A stretch of 64,000 nucleotides of DNA, taken from NCBI GenBank assembly GCA_029775855.1, contig JARVJZ010000001.1:192001-256000 (forward strand), read 5' to 3'. Numbering within the stretch: the stretch's first letter is position 1; each line of letters begins with the position of its first letter. Below are positions 8,845 through 19,022 of the stretch, piece after piece. The notes under the pieces are model-generated. The model worked only from the letters and a program-made list of their open reading frames with translations, did no database searches and had not been told where the DNA came from. This DNA comes from Nitrososphaeria archaeon. GTDB taxonomy: Archaea > Thermoproteota > Nitrososphaeria > Nitrososphaerales > JAAOZN01. Both the position numbers and the translations under genes were made by a program.

Positions 8845-9424
8845 TTTCTCTTCTCTTCTTGTTTTTGGTTTAGTATTCTTGCTAATAGTTAACGTAGTTC
8901 CATTAAGCTACTATTTGAATGAGGCTAGATTAGATAAAGGTAAGATACCTTCAGAAATTCTTTTGGTTAACAGCCGGTGCTTCTCGCGTCTCTATTTAAC
9001 AGGCTTCGCAGTAGAACATGGACACAATCTTACTGTCTCAAGAGTTTCTTTTAATGTGACATATTTTGGTGAAAGACCTGTTAGAGCGGCTGAGCTGTGG
9101 TATGCTAACTTGATCACAGCTTATGCACGGATTATTAGTGGTTCCAATGGGGAGCTTAAGATACAACCTACTGTAAAAAGGATACCTTATACAAAGATAC
9201 TATCTTCAGATACGGCGTGGACGATAGATGTTGTTTACGGTGATAATTTAGAACCGTTAAACAAGATGTTAGAGAGCGGAGCGTTAAATAGTGGAGAGAC
9301 CGCATCGATTAGAATCGAATTCGCCTCAGATGATTCACCCTGCTTTAACCCGCAGAGTGCAGGCTACTTCTATGTTCTATTAGACTTCTCTAATGGTGCG
9401 AAAGGGGTTATTTCGATTAAGTGA
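8837..9424 (+). CDS. Second ArlF-like protein (TTG start at 8837; ORF track start 8774)
   Basis: MGSFS + TM helix, FNVTYFGERPV, EPLN....LNSGETASI parallel the preceding ArlF. Confidence 0.6.
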   Translation: MGSFSSLLVFGLVFLLIVNVVPLSYYLNEARLDKGKIPSEILLVNSRCFSRLYLTGFAVEHGHNLTVSRVSFNVTYFGERPVRAAELWYANLITAYARIISGSNGELKIQPTVKRIPYTKILSSDTAWTIDVVYGDNLEPLNKMLESGALNSGETASIRIEFASDDSPCFNPQSAGYFYVLLDFSNGAKGVISIK

Positions 9425-9436
9425 GGTGAAGCATCT

Positions 9437-10147
9437 GTGTCCCAACCTAAGCTCATCAGTTGGTACAATAATGAGCTTCAACAAAAGTTAGGTGAAATCC
9501 CTGTACCGACTTTAATGCTCATCGAAGGTTCTAATGATACTGGTAAGAGTGTGTTTGCTCAGCAGCTGACTTATGGTGCATTGCGCAGCGGTCTGAAGGT
9601 TTCATACATCACGACGGAGAATATGGTTAAAAGTCTTATCTCACAGATGCTAAGCCTTTCTTTTGATGTTCGACAATATTTTCTAAAAGGTGAGTTAAAG
9701 ATATTTCCATTACATGTTGAAAACATCGATTGGAGGGAAGAGATTGCTAATCTTTTCTTAGAAGTTATTTCAAGCTACCTTAACAATAGATGCGCCGCGA
9801 GTGTGGTTATAATAGATTCATTAACCTATATGATAACTTATGCTAATGAAGAAGGTGTCTTAACATTCTTTTCTAGCTTAAGAAACATATGTGATAAGCA
9901 GCGTAAAACAGTGATTCTCACTGTACATCCATATGCATTTTCCCAAGAGCTTCTGATCAGAGTGAGATCGATATGTGATGGGCATCTTATCTTAGAGATC
10001 AAGACTGTTGGTGACAAAATAGTTAGAATGCTTTTTGCCTCTAAGCTTAGAGGTGTTATCGGCGGTTCAGGTTCTGTAATAGTTGCATTTGAAGTCGATC
10101 CAGCTTTTGGAATAAAGGTGATTCCTTATTCGCAGGCTAGGGCGTAA
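9437..10147 (+). CDS. arlH: ArlH KaiC-like ATPase
   Basis: Walker A GSNDTGKS, YITTE, IIDSLT, LTVHP, FEVDPAFGIKVIP. Confidence 0.95.
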   Translation: MSQPKLISWYNNELQQKLGEIPVPTLMLIEGSNDTGKSVFAQQLTYGALRSGLKVSYITTENMVKSLISQMLSLSFDVRQYFLKGELKIFPLHVENIDWREEIANLFLEVISSYLNNRCAASVVIIDSLTYMITYANEEGVLTFFSSLRNICDKQRKTVILTVHPYAFSQELLIRVRSICDGHLILEIKTVGDKIVRMLFASKLRGVIGGSGSVIVAFEVDPAFGIKVIPYSQARA

Positions 10148-10150
10148 AAT

Positions 10151-11869
10151 ATGAGTGCAAACAAGAATATCTTCTACGATTTGCTGCCAACAGACTTTAA
10201 TGAACTTATAAGAATAAAGCTTCACTTAAGACAGTATGTAAGTAAACTTGAAGAAGATCGCATCGACACTCCGTCTTGGTTTTTAACGCTTGACAAGAAG
10301 ATGAATAAAGAAAAAGTTAATCTGATCTATCCTGTCTCTGAAGATGTCTTTATTCACATCCTGCGGCAAGAAGGGATGGAGAGGGCAAGGTATACGATTA
10401 TCGAGCCTACCACGGGTCACGATTTAAGAAATATCGTAAATGTGTTAGAGAATATGTTTGCATTTAAGATGAATGAAGAGCATATATACAGGAATTTAGA
10501 AGAGAAGAAAAAGGTATTAAAGAATCTTATTGATAACACTTTAAAGGTTGATCCGTCGATAAACGAGCTCGCATCATTCCGTGTTGTAGGGAAAGGTAAG
10601 GATTCGATAGTTTTAGTTGGAGAAAAGACAAAAAATCTTCTTGAATATCTGCTCGTGAGAGATAAGATAGGTATAGGTCTACTTGAACCGTTGATAAAGG
10701 ATCCATACATCGAAGATATATCTTTTAACGGTGTTGGTCCTGTATTTGTTGAGCATAAAATCTTCAGCAGCTGCCTCAGCAGTTTAAGGTTTGACGACCC
10801 AGAACTATTAGATGAATATATCAAGAGGTTGGCTGAGCGAGTAGGTCGACCAATAAGCTATAGAAACCCTATCGTGGATGGCACTTTACCAGATGGCTCA
10901 AGAATAAATATCGTGTACGGTAGTGACATCAGCAAACACGGGACGAACTTTACTATTAGGAAGTTTTCTAAAGTGCCCATCAGCATACTTCAACTATGCC
11001 TATGGAACACTATAGGTTATCTTCCAGCGGCTTACCTCTGGATGCTTCTAGAATTCGGGATAAGCGTCTGGGTTTGCGGTGAAACCGCTTCAGGCAAGAC
11101 AACAACCTTAAACGCTCTATGTGCCTTCATAAACCCAACCGCCAAGATTGTTAGCGTCGAGGATACACCAGAGGTCACTGTGCCTCACGAAAACTGGATC
11201 AGAGAGGTTACTAAGGAGAGTGAGGATAGCGAAAGTAAAATCGATCTTTTTGCTTTGCTTAAATCAGCATTAAGGCAGAGGCCGAATTATATCATAGTAG
11301 GTGAGATACGAGGGCGTGAAGGAAATGTGGCTTTCCAAGCCATGCAAACAGGGCACCCCGTTATAGCTACATTCCACGCATCTACTGTGCAAAAACTAAT
11401 TCAACGCCTTACTGGCTCGCCTATTGAAGTTCCTAAAACCTACATAGACAACATAGGTGCTGTGATCATACAGAGTGCTGTAAAAGTTCCTAAGACTGGT
11501 AAGATTGAACGGCGCGTCTTAAGTGTGAATGAAATATTGGGATATGACTCTTTAGAAGACCGTTTCAACTATATCGAAATATTTAATTGGGATCCTCTTA
11601 CAGATACCTTCCTGTTTAGAGGCGAAGGTACAAGCTACCTTCTGGAGAATAAGCTTGCAGTCTTTTATGGCTACTCTAAGCGTGAGGTAAGAGCAATCTA
11701 CAATCATCTACATCTAAGGGCTGAGCTGTTAAAACTCCTTGCAGAGGCTGGTATCACAGATTATTTTGATCTATGGTACACTTTGAAGACGATAAAAGGG
11801 CTTGGAATCGAACGCGCCTTTGAATTGATGCGACAAGGGCGTCTACTGAAGGTGGTAAAGCGTATATGA
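10151..11869 (+). CDS. arlI: ArlI archaellum motor ATPase
   Basis: DPYIEDIS, LPDGSRINI, FTIRKF, GETASGKTT, LRQRPNYIIVGEIRG, QTGH. Confidence 0.96.
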   Translation: MSANKNIFYDLLPTDFNELIRIKLHLRQYVSKLEEDRIDTPSWFLTLDKKMNKEKVNLIYPVSEDVFIHILRQEGMERARYTIIEPTTGHDLRNIVNVLENMFAFKMNEEHIYRNLEEKKKVLKNLIDNTLKVDPSINELASFRVVGKGKDSIVLVGEKTKNLLEYLLVRDKIGIGLLEPLIKDPYIEDISFNGVGPVFVEHKIFSSCLSSLRFDDPELLDEYIKRLAERVGRPISYRNPIVDGTLPDGSRINIVYGSDISKHGTNFTIRKFSKVPISILQLCLWNTIGYLPAAYLWMLLEFGISVWVCGETASGKTTTLNALCAFINPTAKIVSVEDTPEVTVPHENWIREVTKESEDSESKIDLFALLKSALRQRPNYIIVGEIRGREGNVAFQAMQTGHPVIATFHASTVQKLIQRLTGSPIEVPKTYIDNIGAVIIQSAVKVPKTGKIERRVLSVNEILGYDSLEDRFNYIEIFNWDPLTDTFLFRGEGTSYLLENKLAVFYGYSKREVRAIYNHLHLRAELLKLLAEAGITDYFDLWYTLKTIKGLGIERAFELMRQGRLLKVVKRI

Positions 11870-13395
11870 CTCTTAATTTAATAAGCACCGTTGCCCTTAA
11901 AGCCAAGTCAGAAGGTAAAAGTGTAAGAGTTAAAAGTAGAGCCGACTTCCCCCTTCTAATACTACTTTTATATTTGGCTGCTTTCTCAAATCAAGGTTTG
12001 CACTATATTTTAGATGCCCTCAAGAAACCGATTACTCCGCTAAAAGGGTTCGCAACATTATTTATGAAACTCGACATCATGATCAATAAATGGAATTACA
12101 GGCAAGATTACGCGCTACAAATAGCCTCAAATATGAGTGACAACAGAAGCCTCTCACAGTTCTTGCTTAGGTTGTCCCAAGCAATTAATGTGGGCACATC
12201 CTTCAAAGACTTTATGAAGATAGAGTATACAAAGTTTATTATTATAAGTCAGAAGGAGCATCAGATACTAATAGATAAGCTGAGATGGCTTAGTGAAGCT
12301 TACTCCGCAATGATCACAGCTGGAACTGTGCTCTCAGTTTCTATGATTGCTGTTTCAACACTTTTAGGCACAGCTTCAGCTAACCAGAGTTTGCAGCTAA
12401 CTCTTGTTGGGGTTCCCACCGCAGCCTCAGCTTTAGTAGTTCTTATCGCGAGGGCTGGTCTAAAATATGAAACAATAACCGATTTAGACGCTAAACCATA
12501 TAAGTTAACCCTACTCTCAAGATCTGGGAAGATTCTCTTCTTTATCTTAGTCTTTCTCACACCAATCATCTTTTATGTATCTCATTTGTTTGGTAGCAGC
12601 TTTTGGGGTTGGCTTGGTATGGCTATCAGCGGCTTAGCCTTGCTATTATTCGGCAAAATCGCCCTTAGAGAAATAAAACGCATAAAAGGCTTAGAAAATC
12701 AGTTCATGCTCTTTATCAAGGTCTTAGGTGAAGCAGCATCGGCTACCGGCACGCTAAATCAAGGACTTATACTAGTCTCACATAGCGAATTCGGCAAGCT
12801 GTCAAACCACATAAAGAAGCTTGTTTCTAAGCTTACAATAGGGTTTGACAATGAAGTCTCGTGGCTGAATTTTGCAGCTGAAACCGGTAGCAAACTCATC
12901 TCTGATTTTACACAAATACTTCTATTCTCTGTCAAGATAGGCGGAAAGATAATTGAAACATGCCAAACTATATCTGACTGGATGAATGAGGAGCTAAGTA
13001 GAAGAAGTAGGCGTGAACAAGCTTCAAACTACCTAAAAGGTCTGGTCTTTCCTATTCAAGGCACACTCATAGCGATACTGACTATGACAAGTGTGTTAAT
13101 AGAGATCTTTAATAGATTCGCAGCATTCTCTACAAACATTCAAGTAAGGTTCGTGAACCCAATAGATCTTCAGCTACTACTATTCTTCAACTTTATACTT
13201 CTCTTCGCTTTAGCAATAATAAGTGCTTCTGCAATATACTTTACAGAAGGTGGTTCTCTATTTAACCTCTACTATAATTTGGGTCTTCTTCTACTAATCT
13301 CTGGTCTCGGTGTGATTCTTGTCCAAGCCTTTACCTTTAACATTCTAGGCTTGTTTTCAGAACTCGGCTCTAATTTAGGCACGGTGATACCTTGA
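11866..13395 (+). CDS. arlJ: ArlJ archaellum membrane platform
   Basis: Multi-TM protein with two GspF-like domains directly after arlI. Confidence 0.88.
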   Translation: MTLNLISTVALKAKSEGKSVRVKSRADFPLLILLLYLAAFSNQGLHYILDALKKPITPLKGFATLFMKLDIMINKWNYRQDYALQIASNMSDNRSLSQFLLRLSQAINVGTSFKDFMKIEYTKFIIISQKEHQILIDKLRWLSEAYSAMITAGTVLSVSMIAVSTLLGTASANQSLQLTLVGVPTAASALVVLIARAGLKYETITDLDAKPYKLTLLSRSGKILFFILVFLTPIIFYVSHLFGSSFWGWLGMAISGLALLLFGKIALREIKRIKGLENQFMLFIKVLGEAASATGTLNQGLILVSHSEFGKLSNHIKKLVSKLTIGFDNEVSWLNFAAETGSKLISDFTQILLFSVKIGGKIIETCQTISDWMNEELSRRSRREQASNYLKGLVFPIQGTLIAILTMTSVLIEIFNRFAAFSTNIQVRFVNPIDLQLLLFFNFILLFALAIISASAIYFTEGGSLFNLYYNLGLLLLISGLGVILVQAFTFNILGLFSELGSNLGTVIP

Positions 13396-14006
13396 AGGCC
13401 ATCACTATAGCAGCCATCTTGACTTTGAGCACAGTCTTATCGTTAGGCTCAGCTCTGCTACTGGCGCTAAATGTGACAGGAATCTATACTCCAACATCAA
13501 CCATCTATATCTTACTGCCCTACATGTTAGCAGTTCCCCCCTCATACTTTGTGTTAAGAACATTTTTAGAAGCCCTAACTCCACAACCAAAGGTAGAAAG
13601 TAAAAAAGAAGTCCTAGAAGTTGAAAAACCAAAATCTATAGCGTCTGAAACTATAGAAGTGCCTAAGCCAGTGCCCCAAGCCGAAGGTGTAAAGATTGAT
13701 GAAAAGAAGTTAGAAGAAAAAGAAGTGGAGCAACCTAAGAAAGAGGCTCCTCCACAACCAATCCAAGATACTAACACCATCGTAGAAGAGCAACTTAAGA
13801 TAGAGCCGTCAACATCAAAACAAGAAGTCCCGTCCCCCACGCAAACATCTGAAGAGAATGCCTCTGTGTCGAACGAAGATAAAGTGATAATCTTAACCCC
13901 AATTCTCGAAGAACTTAAATTACTGCAAAATGAATTAAACGGTTTAAAAACGAGATTAAAAATTCCAAAACTAGAGAAAACAGTAAAAGAGAAGTCGGAA
14001 GAATAG
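13392..14006 (+). CDS. Membrane-anchored protein (2 TM, E/K/P-rich linker, C-terminal coiled coil)
   Basis: Overlaps the arlJ stop; composition read from translation. Confidence 0.65.
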   Translation: MKAITIAAILTLSTVLSLGSALLLALNVTGIYTPTSTIYILLPYMLAVPPSYFVLRTFLEALTPQPKVESKKEVLEVEKPKSIASETIEVPKPVPQAEGVKIDEKKLEEKEVEQPKKEAPPQPIQDTNTIVEEQLKIEPSTSKQEVPSPTQTSEENASVSNEDKVIILTPILEELKLLQNELNGLKTRLKIPKLEKTVKEKSEE

Positions 14007-14033
14007 AGTTCCTAGGCGTGTGAACACCTTACG

Positions 14034-14177
14034 CTACTTGATGTATCTAGCAGGGTTTTTGTCAAAAGCGTCCTTACAAGGTTTACAGCAGAAATAATAT
14101 GTCACACCTTTATACATAGACTTAAACTCAGCCTTCTTCTCATTTACCTCCATCCCGCACACAGGGTCTCTAGCCAA
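14034..14177 (-). CDS. YHS/TRASH metal-binding protein (47 aa; absent from ORF track), probable copper chaperone
   Basis: Translated by hand: MARDPVCGMEVNEKKAEFKSMYKGVTYYFCCKPCKDAFDKNPARYIK*; directly downstream of copA. Confidence 0.88.
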   Translation of the reverse strand: MARDPVCGMEVNEKKAEFKSMYKGVTYYFCCKPCKDAFDKNPARYIK

Positions 14178-14202
14178 CCTTGTTCAATTTATTATTATTA
14201 GC

Positions 14203-16278
14203 TTACTCTCTTTTTAAGGTTAATGAGTTAGCAACCACACTAACCGAGCTCATAGCCATCGCTACCGCTGCAAAGATTGGGTTAAGTAGGCCGGAAGCTG
14301 CGATTGGTATAAATGCTGTGTTGTAGGCGAAGGCCCAAAATAGGTTCTGCCTTATCTTCTTCATAGTCTTTCTACTGAGTTTTATCGCTTCAGCTACATC
14401 TCTCGGGTCGTCTTTTATCAGCACTACCCCTCCAGCTTCTACAGCTACATCTGTGCCGCTTCCTATCGCTATACCCACATCTGCCTGAGCTAAAGCAGGT
14501 GCATCATTAACACCATCGCCAACCATAGCTACACATTTACCTTCTTCCTGCATCTTCTTGATGACAGACGCCTTATCAGCTGGTAAAACCTCAGCCAAAA
14601 CCTCTTCTACACCAATTTCCCTCGCCACTGCTTCCGCAGTCACCTTATGGTCACCAGTTAGTATAATCACCTTTAATCCTAGCCTCTTTAACTCCTCTAC
14701 TGCACTCTTTGCACCCTCCTTTAACACATCTGCAACAGCTATTATCCCAATTAATCTACCGGATAAAGCAGCATACAATACCGTCTTACCCTCATTTGTT
14801 AGATGCTCTACAGTTTCTTCAACCCCATTTAGGGGAACGCTGCCCTCAATCATCAACCGACGGTTACCTACAAGTACCTCACCATCGTTAAGTTGAGCCT
14901 TCACACCCAAGCCAGATAGCGCCTCGAATCTTCTTGGCTCTTCTAAGATTATACCCATCTCTTCTGCCTTTTTTATAATCGCTTCAGCTATTGGATGCTC
15001 TGAATTCTTCTCCGCAGCTGCTGCTATACGCAAAACATCCTTCAAATCCATACCATATGCTACAACATCTGTTACTGTGAGTATACCTTTGGTAAGGGTG
15101 CCTGTTTTGTCGAATATTACAGTATCCAGATTATTTGCTCTTTCAAGATACTCACCACCTTTTATAAGTATGCCTTTTTCAGCACCTCGCCCAGTTCCTA
15201 CAACTATCGCCGCTGGTGTAGCTAACCCAAGTGCACAGGGGCAAGCTATTATCAAAACCGCCACAAGAGCTGTGAATGCTTGACTAAAGTTTGATGCAAG
15301 GAGCAGCCAAACAGCAAAGGACGCTACAGCTATTGAGACAACCGTCGGAACAAAATAGCTAGAAACCCTATCTGCCAAACGCTCTATGGGCGCCTTCGCA
15401 GCTGAAGCCTCTTCAACAAGCTTAACTATCTGAGAGAGTGTTGTGTCGGCGCCAACTCGAGTCGCTCTAATCTTAAGTACACCGCTCTTATTGATAGTTG
15501 AACCTATCACCTCATCACCAACCTTCTTCTCAACAGGTATACTCTCACCAGTAATCATCTTCTCATCAACACTTGAGTAGCCTTCCTCAACAACACCGTC
15601 GGTTGGAACACTTTCGCCTGGTTTAACCAGCAGAAGGTCACCAACCTTAATCTCTTCGACTGGAACCACCATTAACTCAGCGCCCTTGATTACAGTAGCA
15701 GTCTTAGGCTGCAGAGCCATTAATTTGCGTATAGCGTCTGACGCTCTTCTTCTCATCTTATGCTCCAAGAGCCTACCAAGAAGTATGAATCCAATTATCA
15801 GAGTTGAGGTTTCGAAGTAGACGCTTCTAGCTTCTAATGGCACAGATTGAGGGAAGAATGTGACAAGTGTGCTATAGCCCCAAGCCGCTGTAGTGCCGAT
15901 TGCGATGAGAGTATCCATGTTTGCTGCTTTAGCTTTTAAAGCATGCAGAAAACCACTGTAGAACCTTCGTCCAGCGATAAGTTGAACTGGTGTAGCAAGT
16001 ACAAAGAGGATAAGGTTTAGATATCTCTCTTCCAAGAATGTTGGTAAGCCCATTAGCCCACCCATGCTGAAGACGAAGATAGGTATACCCAAAGAGAAGC
16101 TGAAGATCGTCATAAGCCTAATGCTTTTGAGCTCTACTTCGGGCTTAAGGAATGTACTTAGGCATCCTTCAGAGCAGAAGTAGTAGGTGCTCCCCCTAAC
16201 CTCAGCCTTAAGAGAATTAGGCCCCTCTTCAACAAACATTCCGCAGACAGGGTCTTTAGCCATTTTATCCTCCTCCAA
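14203..16278 (-). CDS. copA: Cu(+)-translocating P1B-type ATPase with N-terminal YHS/TRASH domain
   Basis: DPVCGM..YYFCS, TGES, CPC, DKTGT, SEHP, GDGVND, YN and MAMSS. Confidence 0.95.
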   Translation of the reverse strand: MEEDKMAKDPVCGMFVEEGPNSLKAEVRGSTYYFCSEGCLSTFLKPEVELKSIRLMTIFSFSLGIPIFVFSMGGLMGLPTFLEERYLNLILFVLATPVQLIAGRRFYSGFLHALKAKAANMDTLIAIGTTAAWGYSTLVTFFPQSVPLEARSVYFETSTLIIGFILLGRLLEHKMRRRASDAIRKLMALQPKTATVIKGAELMVVPVEEIKVGDLLLVKPGESVPTDGVVEEGYSSVDEKMITGESIPVEKKVGDEVIGSTINKSGVLKIRATRVGADTTLSQIVKLVEEASAAKAPIERLADRVSSYFVPTVVSIAVASFAVWLLLASNFSQAFTALVAVLIIACPCALGLATPAAIVVGTGRGAEKGILIKGGEYLERANNLDTVIFDKTGTLTKGILTVTDVVAYGMDLKDVLRIAAAAEKNSEHPIAEAIIKKAEEMGIILEEPRRFEALSGLGVKAQLNDGEVLVGNRRLMIEGSVPLNGVEETVEHLTNEGKTVLYAALSGRLIGIIAVADVLKEGAKSAVEELKRLGLKVIILTGDHKVTAEAVAREIGVEEVLAEVLPADKASVIKKMQEEGKCVAMVGDGVNDAPALAQADVGIAIGSGTDVAVEAGGVVLIKDDPRDVAEAIKLSRKTMKKIRQNLFWAFAYNTAFIPIAASGLLNPIFAAVAMAMSSVSVVANSLTLKRE

Positions 16279-16290
16279 TTGTTAAGCTCC

Positions 16291-17316
16291 TTAGATCCAG
16301 CTTGGTGCGAGAAGGAAGTCCTCTAACTCTTTTCCCTCGAGCAGATTTAGTAAAGCGTAGGCTTGTGGTGTTGAGAGCACGGGTTTATTGAAGCCTAAAC
16401 CGTCTATGGAGATCCTTGGGCAGGCTGTCTGTATAAATGCATCAAACCATGTGAAGGTGTTCACACGCTCAGGAGTTATCTCCCTCATAGCTATCAATGT
16501 GCTGTATTTACCGTGTTTTGCTAACCCCTCTCTTATACGCTTTACATGGTGTAATCTCATCTGCCCTTCTCTTAACCCAATTATGACGCCGAACCTCTCA
16601 GCCTCACGAGCCTTATAGACTGCGAGTAGACTTCGCCTCCGCGCCTCTTCAGCCAAAGGTGTGGCATCAACAACCTCATTCAAATAGGGGTCTAACATGT
16701 AAGTAGGCTTACCTGTGGAGAGAGCTAGTGCTGTAGCGTGGAATCTACTCTGCCCCAAAAAGACAAATGCTTCTACATCATCTTTCACAGAATAGGCGGG
16801 TTGAAATTCGCATCCAAGTATCTGTCCGTAGCTGAGTTTCTCTCCACCCTCGATTTCAACCTTTAAGCCTAATTCTTCAAAGAGCCTTTTTGCCTCAGGT
16901 AGTTTATGCAGGTGCTGAGTTATTGTGTAGAGACCTACCTTCCTATACTTTCTCAGGTTTTCTGAAGCTTTAGATATTACTTCTCCAAACTCTATATCAT
17001 CTTCTGCCGCTATAAGAATCGTTCTTCGACCTACTCTATTCGTGCGTAAGGTGTGCCCTATATGTATTATCAGATCAGCCTTAACAGCCTCGGATACATA
17101 CTCTTTAAGATCGCATGAGCCATAGCAAGCTTCACCAGAGATAATAGCCTCGATGCCTTTCGCTTCTAGAATATCCACTAAATTTTGAGCCTCTTTAAGT
17201 AAGCCGTCTGGGGCGACGACCAACACAGAGCTAGGTTTATTTCTATCAACCTCTTCGAGAGCTTTAGAATAGTCAACTCTAATCAATGCACAAGATATTA
17301 TATGAGGAGGATACAC
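16291..17316 (-). CDS. dph2: Diphthamide biosynthesis Fe-S protein Dph2
   Basis: CYGSCD, HIGH, GQILGC, FH, ACPRI. Confidence 0.93.
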   Translation of the reverse strand: MYPPHIISCALIRVDYSKALEEVDRNKPSSVLVVAPDGLLKEAQNLVDILEAKGIEAIISGEACYGSCDLKEYVSEAVKADLIIHIGHTLRTNRVGRRTILIAAEDDIEFGEVISKASENLRKYRKVGLYTITQHLHKLPEAKRLFEELGLKVEIEGGEKLSYGQILGCEFQPAYSVKDDVEAFVFLGQSRFHATALALSTGKPTYMLDPYLNEVVDATPLAEEARRRSLLAVYKAREAERFGVIIGLREGQMRLHHVKRIREGLAKHGKYSTLIAMREITPERVNTFTWFDAFIQTACPRISIDGLGFNKPVLSTPQAYALLNLLEGKELEDFLLAPSWI

Positions 17317-17838
17317 TTAGGTCTTTGCTCGCTGCGCAGCCTCAGCCTTAAGGGGAATTATGTTCACAGATGTCTTAACTGGTAGTTTGCTGGCCGCACC
17401 TTTAATTGCCTCCTTTGCTGCCTCAAGATCGTTAGCATAAACTGAAACTTCCATAAGCGTGGTTCCGTCGTCTACTCGAGCCGCAAGCCCGATGGGTTTG
17501 CCATAAGCCTTTCTCATACCTTCTTGAAGCCTATCGGCCCCAGCTGTGGCTATCATCTTATTCTCCCTCAGTATCACATGCGGATAGACTTTAACTTGGA
17601 GAAAATATCTATCTTCACCTATCTTACCTAGCTTCTTGTTAGCAGCAACTCTAGCAGCCTCTAAAGCATTATGCCTTATCTGGCATCGAGCTTTAGCTAT
17701 GAGTTGAAGCTTGTAATCATAATTATTACTTGCATTACCTACTGAGAACTTTGCTATCTTTGGGTTAGGTGCGCCCGGCGCATATTCTTTTCTAGCCAAA
17801 GGCATACCGCTTGGGATTCGGTAATTTCTTCCATGCAT
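17317..17838 (-). CDS. rpl10e: 50S ribosomal protein uL16 (L10e); probable start 17838
   Basis: QIRHNALEAARV, YPHVILRENKM...GADRLQEGMRKAYGKP. Confidence 0.97.
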   Translation of the reverse strand: MHGRNYRIPSGMPLARKEYAPGAPNPKIAKFSVGNASNNYDYKLQLIAKARCQIRHNALEAARVAANKKLGKIGEDRYFLQVKVYPHVILRENKMIATAGADRLQEGMRKAYGKPIGLAARVDDGTTLMEVSVYANDLEAAKEAIKGAASKLPVKTSVNIIPLKAEAAQRAKT

Positions 17839-17897
17839 ATTCTTTAACCTCTTAAGGCGCCTACGCTCTACCCCATTCAACTAAATAAGTCTGTTGG

Positions 17898-19022
17898 TCA
17901 GTCTCTTAAGATATAGTCTTGAAGATGATCTCGCGCCTTCTCCCGCTTCTTCTGATGTTCAACTAAGAATGATGTAACCTTCCTAGTCAGATTCGCTTTA
18001 CACTCTCCACAAAGTAGGTTACCAGACTTACAGGAGACATAGATCTCACGAAGTTTCGTGTCTTCAGCTTCAAAGAGCATGTGATAGTAGTAGTAGACTG
18101 GGCAGATATCCGGCTGCCCTCCGAGTTTGCGCTGCTCTTCTACAGTAGCCCTTCCACCGGTATAAGCATTCATAATCTTCTTGGCAGCTTCTTCAGGAGG
18201 GTCAACAGTAAATATTGCCGTATCTGGTTCGCTCGCGCTCATCTTCCCACCTTTTCCAAGTCCTGGTAGAAACTTAGAGTGAAGTTGAGCAGGCTTATAG
18301 AAGCCTAGTTTAGGAGCAACTTCTCGTGCAACCCCTCTCCAATAGCTGTCTTGATCTATTGCGGCTGGTATCAAGACTGGTATGTTTTTCCCTTTAAGAA
18401 TAGAGGGTAGGAAGCATGGGACAGCTTGAATGGATGGGAAGAAGATCATCCCTATGTTGGTGCTTTCGGTGAAGCCGAAGACAGCTCTAACTGTAGAGAA
18501 GGTTATGTGCTTAGCAACCTGCACAGCCATTTTATATAGGGTCTTAGCGTAGTGTATGTCCGAAAAGATAAATGTCTTACCCTTCTCGAAGCCGCAAGCT
18601 ATAACATCAAGAGCATTCTCATAAGTGAAGCCTACGCTCTTATCCAATGTTAACTGAGGGTCGTGAAGAAACTTTTCGTCATCTGTCATCTGAAAATACA
18701 GTTCTGCACCAAACTTCTCCTGCAGATGTTGAGTAAGAATCCAAGGAACAAGATGACCTAAATGAGTATGCCCAGATGGGCCTCTACCAGTATATAGAGC
18801 AAATCTCTCTCCAGCCTCATATTTATCAAGTATCCAGTCGAAGTCTCTGTGGCTGAAGAAGACCTTTCTTCTAAACAGTAGGTGTAGGGTCCCTGTGTGC
18901 TTCTCTACTCTTCTAAGTATTGTTTCGTCGAGAGGTTGCGTGCCAAATTCTCTTATGAGTTTATCATAGTCTACCTCGCCTCTTACTTCCCACGGTGTTA
19001 CTATGAAGTCTTTTTCACTCAA
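17898..19022 (-). CDS. trpS: Tryptophanyl-tRNA synthetase
   Basis: VTPW, YTGRGPSG, HLGH, IDQD, KMSAS. Confidence 0.97.
   Translation of the reverse strand: MSEKDFIVTPWEVRGEVDYDKLIREFGTQPLDETILRRVEKHTGTLHLLFRRKVFFSHRDFDWILDKYEAGERFALYTGRGPSGHTHLGHLVPWILTQHLQEKFGAELYFQMTDDEKFLHDPQLTLDKSVGFTYENALDVIACGFEKGKTFIFSDIHYAKTLYKMAVQVAKHITFSTVRAVFGFTESTNIGMIFFPSIQAVPCFLPSILKGKNIPVLIPAAIDQDSYWRGVAREVAPKLGFYKPAQLHSKFLPGLGKGGKMSASEPDTAIFTVDPPEEAAKKIMNAYTGGRATVEEQRKLGGQPDICPVYYYYHMLFEAEDTKLREIYVSCKSGNLLCGECKANLTRKVTSFLVEHQKKREKARDHLQDYILRD

Noticed and set aside
4047-14030. Integrated mobile element or provirus at tRNA-Lys
   Set aside because: No integrase, att repeat or viral genes; content is an archaellum locus.
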